Below, piece after piece: positions 8,862-18,795 of a DNA stretch of 53,013 bases. Under the pieces are notes generated by a model. The model was not told where the DNA came from, made no database searches, and worked only from the letters and a program-made list of their open reading frames with translations. This DNA is from a virus. Taxonomy: Duplodnaviria; Caudoviricetes. The stretch covers positions 1 through 53,013 of IMG/VR virus record IMGVR_UViG_3300030380_002303; one strand, 5' to 3'. Positions within the stretch are counted from its first letter, which is position 1. Each line of letters starts with the position of its first letter. The position numbers and the translations under genes were made by a program.

Positions 8862-9119
8862 TTACCATGCCTTACAAGACCAATATCTAGCTTTTGTTTT
8901 AGGTCCCGGATTGTCGCAATTGTGTCTTGCTCTAAAATTCTTTCTACGACCTTTTTGATTTTTCTTAATTCTCATATTAGGGTCACCAAAAGTTACTCTT
9001 TTTACTTTATCTCCATCCATCACATAGACAACTGACTTCTTTTTACCATATGATGTTTCACCTTTTGCAATTCTTCTAGGTTTATTTAATGTAACTTTTC
9101 TGCCTTTATATGTTGCCAT
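8862..9119 (-). CDS. Small basic protein with RARHNC..YWSCKAW motif
   Basis: 85 aa, Lys/Arg-rich; this motif is common in environmental phages. Confidence 0.8.
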   Translation of the reverse strand: MATYKGRKVTLNKPRRIAKGETSYGKKKSVVYVMDGDKVKRVTFGDPNMRIKKNQKGRRKNFRARHNCDNPGPKTKARYWSCKAW

Positions 9120-9574
9120 TACATACCTTCCATAAACACTTCTTCTAATACAGTTTCAATAAGATTAGTTGCTTCTGAATCACCTGCACCAAAATCTTCA
9201 TATTTATCTTGAATTGTATTCATATATTTTCTTGCATCATCATAATTATTCATTTCAATTGCTTTAGATAATTCATTCATCAATGTTTTATTAACAAATT
9301 GATAACCTTCAACTTCTTCAAATAATTGAAATGGATTTGCCTCTGATAAATCTATCATTTTCATTGCTTCATTAGTAATGTCTATTTTCTTTTGAGTTGG
9401 CAAACCACCTGTTTGAATATTTACATTTGCAGGTGGTTGAAATGGTGTATTTCTGGCATCTTCTATCTTTTTATCCATAAATTCGCCTAATGCACCTCTA
9501 TCAAGGTCTGATTCAGATAAAAATTTACCCCCTAATGAACCTAACATTTCAATTAATTTAGGTATCTTTGCCAT
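9119..9574 (-). CDS. Hypothetical protein (GAL-tagged)
   Basis: 151 aa, coupled to genes on both sides. Confidence 0.75.
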   Translation of the reverse strand: MAKIPKLIEMLGSLGGKFLSESDLDRGALGEFMDKKIEDARNTPFQPPANVNIQTGGLPTQKKIDITNEAMKMIDLSEANPFQLFEEVEGYQFVNKTLMNELSKAIEMNNYDDARKYMNTIQDKYEDFGAGDSEATNLIETVLEEVFMEGM

Positions 9575-9735
9575 TACTTTTTCTTTTGAGCAGGTGTATG
9601 AACTTTTTGTATTTCAAATGATGCTTTTTTAACTGCACCTTTGTGTGGTTTATAATCACCTTTCATCAATTTAAAACCTTGACCAGATTTCATCCAATGA
9701 AAACCTTTTGGTGCTTCAACTGATTTTTTTGCCAT
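9574..9735 (-). CDS. Small basic protein (probable start 9735, MAKKSVEAPKGFHWM)
   Basis: AGGAG RBS upstream of the ATG at 9735. Confidence 0.75.
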   Translation of the reverse strand: MAKKSVEAPKGFHWMKSGQGFKLMKGDYKPHKGAVKKASFEIQKVHTPAQKKK

Positions 9736-10030
9736 CTTTTTTCTCCTTTTGTTTTTTAAGAGTTTGTTTTGCTTTTTTAAATATATCAGCAACTTGATTT
9801 TTTTTCATCACTTTTGCTCTTTGTTCACCAACTGTTAATATCTGTATCTTTCTTGCATATGGTTTTTTTAATTTTCTTACCTTTGTTACTGTATTTCTTG
9901 CATCTGTTGGTGTTTTAAATTTTATAGATACAGTATCTTTTGGGTTTTCATCTGTATATAATCTTCTATCACTTCCTTTTGGTTTTTTGCCTGTTCCTTT
10001 TTTTGGGTCAGGTTTTCTTTTTGGTGCCAT
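9716..10030 (-). CDS. Small basic protein (RRLYTDENPKDT motif)
   Basis: 104 aa, very Lys-rich. Confidence 0.8.
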   Translation of the reverse strand: MAPKRKPDPKKGTGKKPKGSDRRLYTDENPKDTVSIKFKTPTDARNTVTKVRKLKKPYARKIQILTVGEQRAKVMKKNQVADIFKKAKQTLKKQKEKKDGKKIS

Positions 10031-10289
10031 TGTTTTTCTTTTTAATAATTGTTTTTACTTTTTTCAAAGGATTTGCTCGTTTTCTTTTTACAGCAGATTT
10101 TATTTGAGATTTTGTCATTTTGTTGGCTTTAGCTTGAGGTACACATTTTGGATATCCTCTCTTGCTTTTTTTTGCAGATTTTCTTCCACATTTTTCATAG
10201 CCACCACCTTTTTTAGGTGCAGATATATCTACCCATTTTTCTTTTTTAAACCAATTGTGTAATGTACCTTTACCTCTTGGTTTAGCCAT
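10008..10289 (-). CDS. Small basic protein (WFKKEKWVD..CGR..YPKCVP; DUF5872-like)
   Basis: 93 aa; motif recognition only. Confidence 0.75.
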   Translation of the reverse strand: MAKPRGKGTLHNWFKKEKWVDISAPKKGGGYEKCGRKSAKKSKRGYPKCVPQAKANKMTKSQIKSAVKRKRANPLKKVKTIIKKKNNGTKKKT

Positions 10290-10291
10290 GA

Positions 10292-10477
10292 TTATGTCTT
10301 TTTAGTTCTGTAGCCACCACCAGCTTTTTTGTATTCTCTAACAAGATAGGCATTTGCATATGCTGATGGATATACATCAAATTTAGCCTTTGTCTTTGCT
10401 TTTATTCTTGCATATAACTTAGGATTTGTAGGTACAGCTTTTGATTTTTTAGACTTTGATTTTTTTGGTTTTGCCAT
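10292..10477 (-). CDS. Small basic protein (YPSAYANAYLVREYKKAGGGY)
   Basis: 61 aa, Lys-rich. Confidence 0.8.
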   Translation of the reverse strand: MAKPKKSKSKKSKAVPTNPKLYARIKAKTKAKFDVYPSAYANAYLVREYKKAGGGYRTKKT

Positions 10478-10595
10478 TTTTCTTCTTCTTTTTATTTTTT
10501 GCTAATTTTTTAAAATCAGCGCCTGTTATTTTATTTCTTGGCTTTGCAACTCTTGCTATTGCCTTTTGTTTAGATGAATATTTGCTAAATGGCAT
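10449..10595 (-). CDS. Basic microprotein (48 aa; not in the ORF track)
   Basis: MPFSKYSSKQKAIARVAKPRNKITGADFKKLAK...; start overlaps the upstream stop (TAATG). Confidence 0.7.
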   Translation of the reverse strand: MPFSKYSSKQKAIARVAKPRNKITGADFKKLAKNKKKKKNGKTKKIKV

Positions 10596-10894
10596 TACAT
10601 CATCTCTGGCTTTGATGAACCTAACATATCATTCATCATTTCATGTACATTAGAACTGTCCATTTTAATAATTTTAACCTTTACATTATCATCATGTTCC
10701 ATTTCTTGCATATCTTCTGTTTCTTCCATATCTTCTGGTGGTAACATTTTACCTTGATAACATAACAATAGAAAATTAACTAATTGTTCATCGCTTAGTT
10801 CTAGGCCTTCCGCGTCCCTTGGAAACCCCATCTTTTCCATAAACAACTCTTCGTTTTTCTCCATGTTGCTTATTTCTATCATTTGCTCTGCCAT
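10595..10894 (-). CDS. Small acidic Met/Glu-rich protein
   Basis: 99 aa; an AAAGGAG RBS favours the ATG at 10885. Confidence 0.7.
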   Translation of the reverse strand: MAEQMIEISNMEKNEELFMEKMGFPRDAEGLELSDEQLVNFLLLCYQGKMLPPEDMEETEDMQEMEHDDNVKVKIIKMDSSNVHEMMNDMLGSSKPEMM

Positions 10895-11967
10895 TTGATT
10901 CTCCTTTCACTAATCCAACCAACTGAGTAACTAATTTTTTCGCCAATTGTTTTACATAATTTAATAAAAATATTATTTTTGCCATATTTTCCTCCAGAAA
11001 TTTCATATGCCATTTGGTTAGACCATTTGACAAAGATTGGATAAAAAGCATTGTAAATTGTTTTATTTGTTTCAATCTTTTTAGCAAACCATTTACCCCA
11101 TATTTCATAACCTTTATATGTATAAAAATTAATTTTTCTACCATAGATTACATCACATAGATATATTTTTCTAGGTAATAATCCTTTTTTGTATAATGCA
11201 GTACAAATAAATGTGCTTTCTGCATCTGCAGTATCGCCTTGTTGTTCTAATGTAACCGCTCTAGAAAATGCAGGGTCATAAATGTTTTTACCTTCTTTGT
11301 CAACTGCACCTTTAATATTTGATTGAGTTATTGAATCGCCTGCAAATTGGTCTGTAGATTTTAATTCATCATCATAGAAACCACCTTTGATAGCATCTTG
11401 TATATTACTGAAACCATACATTCCAATATCTTCTTCTATTTGCGCTTTATCTTCAGCACTTATACCACTTTTAAAACCAGTGCCTGATATATTTTGTGCA
11501 GTTCTACCACTACGAAATGGTTGAGTTGTGTATACTTGTTTTAATTCTGAGTCATCTTCTAATTCTTGTTTATCATACATTTTATTCATCAACGGTGCTA
11601 AATCTAATTTAGGAAAATTTTTCATGCCAAATTCTTGAACATCTGCTCTTGTATAATTTGGACCATAATTATCAACTAATTGTTGTTGCAATTGTTTTGT
11701 CGCTGAAAAATCACCTGTTGTAAATGCATCAAATGTACTTCTTGGTTTTTCACCTAATGCTTTTCTTGCAATTTGGTTTACCTGTTGTTGATTAATTATA
11801 TCTCCAATTTGACCAAATTGTCCAACAAATGGTAGTGTGCCAAAAATTGCACTTTTTGGTGTTAATGTAAAATCAATACCAAATCTTGATAAAGGTTTTA
11901 CACCTTGTCTTTGTGATAGTAGACCTTCTTTTAATACACCAAATTCATTTGTGGTAATAGGAGCCAT
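10879..11967 (-). CDS. Putative virion cargo protein with Cys-led C-terminal domain
   Basis: 362 aa; C-terminal TFICTALY..GY..W domain paralogous to that of 36779..38164. Confidence 0.7.
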   Translation of the reverse strand: MAPITTNEFGVLKEGLLSQRQGVKPLSRFGIDFTLTPKSAIFGTLPFVGQFGQIGDIINQQQVNQIARKALGEKPRSTFDAFTTGDFSATKQLQQQLVDNYGPNYTRADVQEFGMKNFPKLDLAPLMNKMYDKQELEDDSELKQVYTTQPFRSGRTAQNISGTGFKSGISAEDKAQIEEDIGMYGFSNIQDAIKGGFYDDELKSTDQFAGDSITQSNIKGAVDKEGKNIYDPAFSRAVTLEQQGDTADAESTFICTALYKKGLLPRKIYLCDVIYGRKINFYTYKGYEIWGKWFAKKIETNKTIYNAFYPIFVKWSNQMAYEISGGKYGKNNIFIKLCKTIGEKISYSVGWISERRIKWQSK

Positions 11968-12540
11968 TTACATATTTCTTTGTTTATTTCTTGTTCGCAT
12001 CATTTCTTTGACATCTTCAGCAGGTCTCATTGGTATTTCTCCACCCAATGCACCTAAAGCGCCTTTTGTAGCGCCTTTTGTTTCTGGTGTTACCATGCCA
12101 CCAACAGGTCTTCCCATCATGTTCATAATTGCATCTGCAGGACCGCCTGTTCCTTTCGCATTCATAGATTCGCCTTCTCTTACAACACTTCTTGGGTCTA
12201 ATTGTTTCATCAATTCAAATTGTTTTCTTCTTAATTCTTTTTCAATATCACCAGACAAAGCCTCGGTTGCTTGTTCTTCTGTAAGACCCATTGAAATCAA
12301 CATATTCATTTCATCTATTAATTCATCAGATAAAAGGCCTTTCATTCTCATTGATGGTAAATCTGCACCCATTAAAGCTCTTAAATTACCTTCTGAATCT
12401 CTTAAATTTTTAGTAACTGTTGTTTGTTCTGGATTACCCATTGGATTACCCATTCCTCTAGCTTCCATTGATGCCACTCCAACATCTGATGCTCTTGTTT
12501 CTGGTGTAGGTCTATCTCCTACTTGTGGTTCCATTGCCAT
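11968..12540 (-). CDS. Met/Gly-rich protein downstream of the portal
   Basis: 190 aa; contains LDPRSVVREGE and GALGALG. Confidence 0.75.
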   Translation of the reverse strand: MAMEPQVGDRPTPETRASDVGVASMEARGMGNPMGNPEQTTVTKNLRDSEGNLRALMGADLPSMRMKGLLSDELIDEMNMLISMGLTEEQATEALSGDIEKELRRKQFELMKQLDPRSVVREGESMNAKGTGGPADAIMNMMGRPVGGMVTPETKGATKGALGALGGEIPMRPAEDVKEMMRTRNKQRNM

Positions 12541-12541
12541 T

Positions 12542-14965
12542 TTAGCCTCCTTTTGCTAAATTTTTTTGTTGTAATATTTGTATTTCTGCTTCTAATTTCT
12601 TCATTTTTGCCATCAAATCTTGTTGTAATTTAGCATTATCAATTGCCATATCTTGTTTTGCTTCTGCATCTTTTATAGCCATATCTTGTTGTGCTTTTGC
12701 AGTTTCTATTTGCATATCTGTTTGCGCTCTCATCTGTGCAATTTGTGCTTCTAATTGTGCAAGTTGTTGTGCATATTGTAAAGGGTTACCTTGTTGTTGT
12801 TGTTGTCCCATATTTGTTATGGCTTTAATTTGTTCCATTTGTGGTGATTGTTGTACAACTTCTGATGCTCTTTGAGATATTTCCATATCTAATTGTGGTG
12901 ATATATCATCAAATTTAAATTTAGGGTCACGAATATCTGGTAATTTTGCTAATTCAAGACCAATTGCTGATTGCATTCGTTGTCTATACAATAATGCAAC
13001 ATGTTCTGCAATATGAGCAATTAATATTGGTTGCAAATTTCTAGCACCGGGATTACCACCTAAAGATGGGTCTGATAGAAATTGCATATGTACAGAAATA
13101 TGAGCATCATGGTCTTGTTCTGGAAATGCTCTTATTGGTTTTCCATACATTACACTCATGTTCTCATCAACTGGGTCTATTCTTGATGCCTGTTCTGGTT
13201 CTTTTAATATTTCATCAATGTTAGGTATTCTAATCGCTTCTAACATTCTTTTATGTGCTTCATATTGGTCATAAAGATTTGGTGCAGATTGCATCAATTG
13301 TAATACGGATTGTCCTTGTGCAATTCTTTGTGCTGTAGAAAATACATTAGGGTCTGAAACTGGTAAAATATCTATTTTTGCATCAAAATCTGTAGAATTA
13401 ATAAATTGTGTTACACCAGATAATGCAAATTCAAATTGTGCAGGTAAAAATTTAGAATTGTTTTTTGCAATTAATTTAAATTCTTGTCCTTGTGAATAAT
13501 GTAATCTTTTATGTATTGCAGAAAATGATTTAGCACCTTGTTCTATTAATGCAACTGTTGAACCTACTGGTGCATTTGGATTTACATCGCCAACATTTAA
13601 ATCGGCAGTACTTGCAAATCTTCTTCCTGCTTCTACAATTGCGTTCATAAGATTAAATAATGTACCAGATGGTTCTTTAAATGGTAGTGGCATTATTGCC
13701 TTGTTAACATCATCTACTGTCGCATCTAAATCAGCAAACTCACCGGGATTTACCTGTAAATCACCACCTGTAACACGACCTTTTAATTTAAAACCACCCT
13801 GCATGTTAGAAAAAGCGGCACTATCTAATAATGCTCTCAATGAACCTGTGGCGGCTCTGCCTAATCCACCTATTAAATGATAAAGACCAAAACCATAAAA
13901 GCCTGTGCCGGGCAAAAATCTATATGAAACAAAATAATCTTGTTTTAATTTTTTATCATCATCTTCTTCATAATTACGTCTTATTGATACTATCTTTTGT
14001 GAATCATAATCTATCGTAACAACATAAGGAAATGCCACTATGTCATTGTTTTCTTCTGTATCTGAATAACCATCTACACCATCAAATGTTTCATACACAT
14101 GCATTTCTATTAATGTTACTTGTTCATTGTATTCTGTATCTTCATATGTAGATAAACCTTCTATTTCAGAACCAATATTTTCAACAGGGTCATCTTCTGA
14201 ACCTACAAATTTTATTGGCAAATAAAATCCATTATCCACATATTTATTGTAATCATTTCTTGGTATCCTAATTACATGTGAATATCTAATAGAAGTTTGT
14301 AAATCTTTACTATCTGGCGCAACAATAAAATCTTCTGCTTTTACAAATTGTGAACATTGTCTACCAAGATTAGCATCATAATATACTTTTTTAAATGCAT
14401 GTCCTATTAATGGTAATTGAAATAACATTGTATCTAAATCAGGAAAGTATTCAGGCATTTCCTGTGTTATCTGATAATTCATGTAATCACGAACTCGTCG
14501 TGCTTGGTCTTCTAATTCTTCTGTAGGTTCACCAATAATAGTTGTTTTTACAGGACCACCAGATGGATATAATTCTGCAATTGCTCTAGCATTAAATTGT
14601 GTGGCTGATTCTGCAATCATAGGATGTACAACAGTGGATAATCCTCTTGTTGCTCTTTGTTCTTCTTCTTCTGTTAATCCACCATCTGGCTCTAATGATT
14701 GCAAACCTTCTTTATATCTTTCTTCCCATTCACTTCTTGCTTCTTTATCACTTTCAAATGCATCTAATAGATGTTGCGCTTTTCTATTTAATTCATTTTC
14801 ATCTATTTCTTCTGCAAGATTGCTATCATGTTCTGATGTTATCTCTACAATATCATCTAATGATTTATCGCCAATTGCTACTTGGTCATCGCCAATATTT
14901 TCAACTTCAAGATTATCGGCAGGTGCGCCTTCTTGAAATGGTATTACATTAGGTTCTTTAGCCAT
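12542..14965 (-). CDS. Portal protein
   Basis: 807 aa following terL; HPMIAES..FNARA..EL, FKKVYYD, GFYGFGLYHLIGG motifs; Gln-rich coiled-coil C-terminus as in P22-like portals. Confidence 0.88.
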   Translation of the reverse strand: MAKEPNVIPFQEGAPADNLEVENIGDDQVAIGDKSLDDIVEITSEHDSNLAEEIDENELNRKAQHLLDAFESDKEARSEWEERYKEGLQSLEPDGGLTEEEEQRATRGLSTVVHPMIAESATQFNARAIAELYPSGGPVKTTIIGEPTEELEDQARRVRDYMNYQITQEMPEYFPDLDTMLFQLPLIGHAFKKVYYDANLGRQCSQFVKAEDFIVAPDSKDLQTSIRYSHVIRIPRNDYNKYVDNGFYLPIKFVGSEDDPVENIGSEIEGLSTYEDTEYNEQVTLIEMHVYETFDGVDGYSDTEENNDIVAFPYVVTIDYDSQKIVSIRRNYEEDDDKKLKQDYFVSYRFLPGTGFYGFGLYHLIGGLGRAATGSLRALLDSAAFSNMQGGFKLKGRVTGGDLQVNPGEFADLDATVDDVNKAIMPLPFKEPSGTLFNLMNAIVEAGRRFASTADLNVGDVNPNAPVGSTVALIEQGAKSFSAIHKRLHYSQGQEFKLIAKNNSKFLPAQFEFALSGVTQFINSTDFDAKIDILPVSDPNVFSTAQRIAQGQSVLQLMQSAPNLYDQYEAHKRMLEAIRIPNIDEILKEPEQASRIDPVDENMSVMYGKPIRAFPEQDHDAHISVHMQFLSDPSLGGNPGARNLQPILIAHIAEHVALLYRQRMQSAIGLELAKLPDIRDPKFKFDDISPQLDMEISQRASEVVQQSPQMEQIKAITNMGQQQQQGNPLQYAQQLAQLEAQIAQMRAQTDMQIETAKAQQDMAIKDAEAKQDMAIDNAKLQQDLMAKMKKLEAEIQILQQKNLAKGG

Positions 14966-14974
14966 ATTTTACCT

Positions 14975-15424
14975 TTATTGAAATTTATTCATTTCTGTTA
15001 TAATTCTATTTAATTCTTCATCTACTTCAATAGGATAAGTTGTTTTTACTTTATCAACATCAGTAGGCATTTCTTCCATTCCAACAGGTGATGCCATGTT
15101 TTCATATACATTATAATCATTAAAATAATTTTTCATTATTTGTCCGACCTTTTTTGTTTCTATATCATCACTTCTTAAAAAATCATCAGCAATTTCAACA
15201 ACTTCATCAAATGGCATTTCTGCATTTAATTCATTTATTATCATATTTGCGACATCATCTCGTGATGAAATCTCTAATAATTTATCTATATTTGTTTCAT
15301 TGTTGACAATTTTAATGTCTTTAACTATTGCTTCTGGAGCGAACCCATCATCTGACATTATTCTTTGGTTAGATAAAAGTTCTCCTAATGCACCAATGCC
15401 TTGTTTAAATATTTTACTAACCAT
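14975..15424 (-). CDS. Hypothetical acidic protein between terL and portal (GAL-tagged)
   Basis: 149 aa; start overlaps the end of terL. Confidence 0.7.
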   Translation of the reverse strand: MVSKIFKQGIGALGELLSNQRIMSDDGFAPEAIVKDIKIVNNETNIDKLLEISSRDDVANMIINELNAEMPFDEVVEIADDFLRSDDIETKKVGQIMKNYFNDYNVYENMASPVGMEEMPTDVDKVKTTYPIEVDEELNRIITEMNKFQ

Positions 15425-16922
15425 ATAGTGTTAATCTCTTTCTTTCTACAATTTCATCTTCATCATAATCTGTAGAATGTGTAATAAACCAACCTTTTCT
15501 CAACCTTAACCATGCTTGAGTACATGTGTCAACTATATCATCATTATCTCCAGTTGGAAAGGCTGAACATATATCAATTAAATTTTTAGCCCATTTTCTT
15601 CCTGCAGGATAAAATATACGACCATCTTCTAACAAGGCTGAACATGCGTGTGCTCTTGCTTGTTTATCTCTATCTGGCATATATTCTAATACTGGTACTC
15701 CTGCCATTCTTAAATCTTGTAATAAACTTTGACCACTTGCCTTTTTCTCTATTAATACAACATCTGGTTCGTAATCTTCATATGCTTCTTGAGCAATCCT
15801 TCTTAAATCTGGATAATTAACTCTATCATACCACATTTCAATTACAATCGCATTATAATATCCATTTCTTTTAAAAACTCCCCATGTTGTTCTTGCAGAA
15901 TAACTAGATGCTTCTTTTGTAGAATATGCTGTATCATATGATTGTATTAGATATTCTATGTTTGGTAAATCTTCTTCCCATGGTTCCCACCATTCTGCTT
16001 TTAATATACCACCACCTTTTGGCATTGGTCTTTGTTGCAATTGACCAGATGCACCATAAGAACCTAAACTTGTTTCTAAATTCTTTAATGTTTTTTCATC
16101 TATTCTTGATGACCATAATAATTCACCTTCTTTTTTTCTAGGGTCAATAAAGCCAAGACTTGATTTTACTGGTGTAGGGTGTGTTTCTTCATATCTTGCA
16201 GGTAAACATAAATGGTCCCAATCTTTGTATTCATTGGATAATATATGACCTGTTAAATCATTTTCATGTACACGTTGCATTATAATTATAAATGCACCAT
16301 TTTTAGGGTCATTTAATCTTGTTTGCATAGCTTGGTCCCACCAATCTAATACACCTTGTCTTACAACACCAGATTCTGCTTCTCTTACATTGTGTGGGTC
16401 ATCTATTAATATTATATCACCACCTTCACCTGTTAATGCACCATCAACTGATGTAGCTATTCTTTGTCCTGTTTTATCATTTTCAAATCTTTGTTTTTGA
16501 TTTTGGTCGGTTGTAAGACTAAATATTTCACCAAAATATTCTTTATACCATTGGCTTTCTATTAATCTTCTACATTTAACACTATCTCTTATTGATAAAG
16601 ATAAGGCATAACTTGCAAATAAAAACTTTTTTGTAGGGTCTATTGTCCATGTCCAAGCAGGTAATGCTACCGAAACAGATATAGATTTCATATGCCTAGG
16701 TGGTATATTTATAATTAATCTTTTTATATCTCCATTAACAACAGCTTGTAAATGGTCAGATATTGCATCTATGTGCCAATTATCATTATAAATTCTGTTA
16801 GGCTCAATTGTTTGCCATGCTTCTTTGATGAACAATTTGAGGGAGCGCCTCATTTTCTCGGCTCTCACTTGGTTCAACGATAGCATGTTTAAGCACTCGT
16901 TCAATGGTGTTGAGGTCATCAT
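15417..16922 (-). CDS. terL: Terminase large subunit
   Basis: IPPRHMKS Walker A variant, ILIDDP Walker B, IIIMQR coupling motif, SYDTAY and DDIVD RNase H-like nuclease; the true start may be about 16886. Confidence 0.95.
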   Translation of the reverse strand: MMTSTPLNECLNMLSLNQVRAEKMRRSLKLFIKEAWQTIEPNRIYNDNWHIDAISDHLQAVVNGDIKRLIINIPPRHMKSISVSVALPAWTWTIDPTKKFLFASYALSLSIRDSVKCRRLIESQWYKEYFGEIFSLTTDQNQKQRFENDKTGQRIATSVDGALTGEGGDIILIDDPHNVREAESGVVRQGVLDWWDQAMQTRLNDPKNGAFIIIMQRVHENDLTGHILSNEYKDWDHLCLPARYEETHPTPVKSSLGFIDPRKKEGELLWSSRIDEKTLKNLETSLGSYGASGQLQQRPMPKGGGILKAEWWEPWEEDLPNIEYLIQSYDTAYSTKEASSYSARTTWGVFKRNGYYNAIVIEMWYDRVNYPDLRRIAQEAYEDYEPDVVLIEKKASGQSLLQDLRMAGVPVLEYMPDRDKQARAHACSALLEDGRIFYPAGRKWAKNLIDICSAFPTGDNDDIVDTCTQAWLRLRKGWFITHSTDYDEDEIVERKRLTLYG

Positions 16923-17298
16923 CTGTTAATTTACTAATGTCTAGCACCTTTCTTTCTTCAATATTTATGTCCTGTGTAATCTCATGTCTATCTCGTTGAC
17001 CAAGAATTTGTTTGCCAAGCCATATTGCCATTGGTGTTGAATTTGTTTCTTCCATTATCTGTATTTGTTTTCTTCTTAATGACAACATACCTGTTGCACG
17101 ACCTTTTAGTATTGATTCTCTTACTTCATTATCATTTGTAAATTTATCTTCTAATGTTCTTAATGGTATATTGAAATAAAAAGCTATTTCTGGCATTGTA
17201 CAATTTAATCGTGACAATTTTTCTAATTCATTTAAATTTAGCTCTGTTTTTGGTCTTCCTACTTTTTTCTGAATTTTTTTAGCCTTTGTTTTTTTCAT
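16804..17298 (-). CDS. terS: Terminase small subunit
   Basis: GRPK, HTH-like CTMPEIAFYFNI, MAIWLGKQILGQRD; directly upstream of and overlapping terL. Confidence 0.8.
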   Translation of the reverse strand: MKKTKAKKIQKKVGRPKTELNLNELEKLSRLNCTMPEIAFYFNIPLRTLEDKFTNDNEVRESILKGRATGMLSLRRKQIQIMEETNSTPMAIWLGKQILGQRDRHEITQDINIEERKVLDISKLTDDDLNTIERVLKHAIVEPSESRENEALPQIVHQRSMANN

Positions 17299-17397
17299 CT
17301 TCTTTTCATTCTTTCATTTATGTATTTTTGATAAAAATAGTTACTTATTTTGCTAAATATTCCATGTAATTTTAAATAAAATTTTTCCACCTTTTTT

Positions 17398-17440
17398 TAT
17401 ATACCACGAAAATTATTTATTTATCAACACAAAAAATGTC
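17398..17440 (-). promoter_or_regulatory. Candidate promoter for the terS-terL-portal operon with a degenerate operator
   Basis: Minus strand reads GACATTTTTTGTGTTGATA...TGGTATATA; plus strand AACAC-AAAAA-ATGTC at 17426-17440. Confidence 0.5.
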
Positions 17441-18794
17441 ATTGTTTTTGCCAGAAAGCCTTATTTTTATAGAATCTTTGTATATATCCTAATTCATATA
17501 AAGCTAAATTAGCCTTAAACATTGGCATTGATTGAGTTTTACTTAATCCACAATCTCTTATCATTTTTTCTACATCAGATAATTCTAATTGTTTTCTATT
17601 GTTGATTACTTTAAGAAAACCCTGTTTGTTATGTTCTTTCATGCCTGTGAATACATTTTTTCTAATTAAAGATGAAAACAATTCATGTAATTTATCTACA
17701 TAATCATCAACATTAAATGTTTTTGCTCTTTCTTGATTTTTATAACCATAATTTTTATTTACATCTTTGTTCTTAATTAAATGTATTAATTTTTCTTTCT
17801 GTTCATTTTCAGAATTAAATAATTGCCAATTATCTTTACCTAATAATTCTGGCATTGTTGTTCTATTAGGAACTATTGTAGATAATCCATAAAACATGCT
17901 CTCTAATATAGATATACAAAATGTTTCATGTTGTGAATTAAATGTATTTGAATGACATTTAGGTATTTCATTTAGATATAATTCTTTTGTAGGTAAATCT
18001 TTAACCATTACATATGGCTTTTCATTAATAATATTAATTCTATCGCCACCTGCTTTAGTTACCAATACATTGAATTTATATCCTTCATCATATAATTGGT
18101 CAAATACCTCAAATGTCGTTCTCCAATTTTTATAATCTTGAAATCTATGATTAAATAAGAATGTAAATTTATCGTATTTTTCTACGTTTTTATATTTATA
18201 ATTTTTATCAAAGAAACCAAATTTTAATATTTTTCTCTTTTCACTGATTTTATTCTCAAGATTAGGTAAATATTCTCTTATATTATCTAATGTCATGTTC
18301 CAACAATGGTCAGAATTAAATAAATTGACATCAGCACAATAATCTCCACACAATTGCATAAATACAAAATGTAAATTAGGTTCTAATGGATATGGTAAAC
18401 TCTCATGTAAGATATAATGATGTTGATTAACAACAGTTGGCACCATATGAAAATTTGCCATAAAATATTTTAACTGTGGTGCTAATTCTGGTATCTGATT
18501 CCATATTAAATAAGGTCCATATGTATCATATATTTTTTTAATAAAGAATGTATCAAAATGGATATTATTTTGTTTTTTACCCTGTGGTATTGCCTGTGGT
18601 ATTCTTAATATGTTTGGTAATCTAAAAAAGCCATCATCATAATATCTAAAACCTTTTGATGCAGGAAATGGCATTAAGAATGAATATTGAGGATATTTTT
18701 CTTCAAATTTAGTTATTACAGAAGAAAGAAACACATAATTACTATCAGAATTGATTGTTTGAACAGACCACATTGGGTTTACAAATATAATCAT
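17439..18794 (-). CDS. GT-B fold (GT4-like) glycosyltransferase
   Basis: FLFNHRFQDYKN and SQHETFCISILESMFYG (E-x7-E) motifs, PELLG. Confidence 0.85.
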   Translation of the reverse strand: MIIFVNPMWSVQTINSDSNYVFLSSVITKFEEKYPQYSFLMPFPASKGFRYYDDGFFRLPNILRIPQAIPQGKKQNNIHFDTFFIKKIYDTYGPYLIWNQIPELAPQLKYFMANFHMVPTVVNQHHYILHESLPYPLEPNLHFVFMQLCGDYCADVNLFNSDHCWNMTLDNIREYLPNLENKISEKRKILKFGFFDKNYKYKNVEKYDKFTFLFNHRFQDYKNWRTTFEVFDQLYDEGYKFNVLVTKAGGDRINIINEKPYVMVKDLPTKELYLNEIPKCHSNTFNSQHETFCISILESMFYGLSTIVPNRTTMPELLGKDNWQLFNSENEQKEKLIHLIKNKDVNKNYGYKNQERAKTFNVDDYVDKLHELFSSLIRKNVFTGMKEHNKQGFLKVINNRKQLELSDVEKMIRDCGLSKTQSMPMFKANLALYELGYIQRFYKNKAFWQKQ

Positions 18795-18795
18795 A

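Noticed and set aside
10788-11144. 118-aa alternative-frame ORF
   Set aside because: Fully overlaps two better-supported same-strand genes
11837-12559. 240-aa plus-strand ORF and the other plus-strand ORFs over minus-strand genes (e.g. 31661, 33110, 46461, 48646, 51106)
   Set aside because: Antisense shadows of well-supported genes, with no RBS or recognisable motifs
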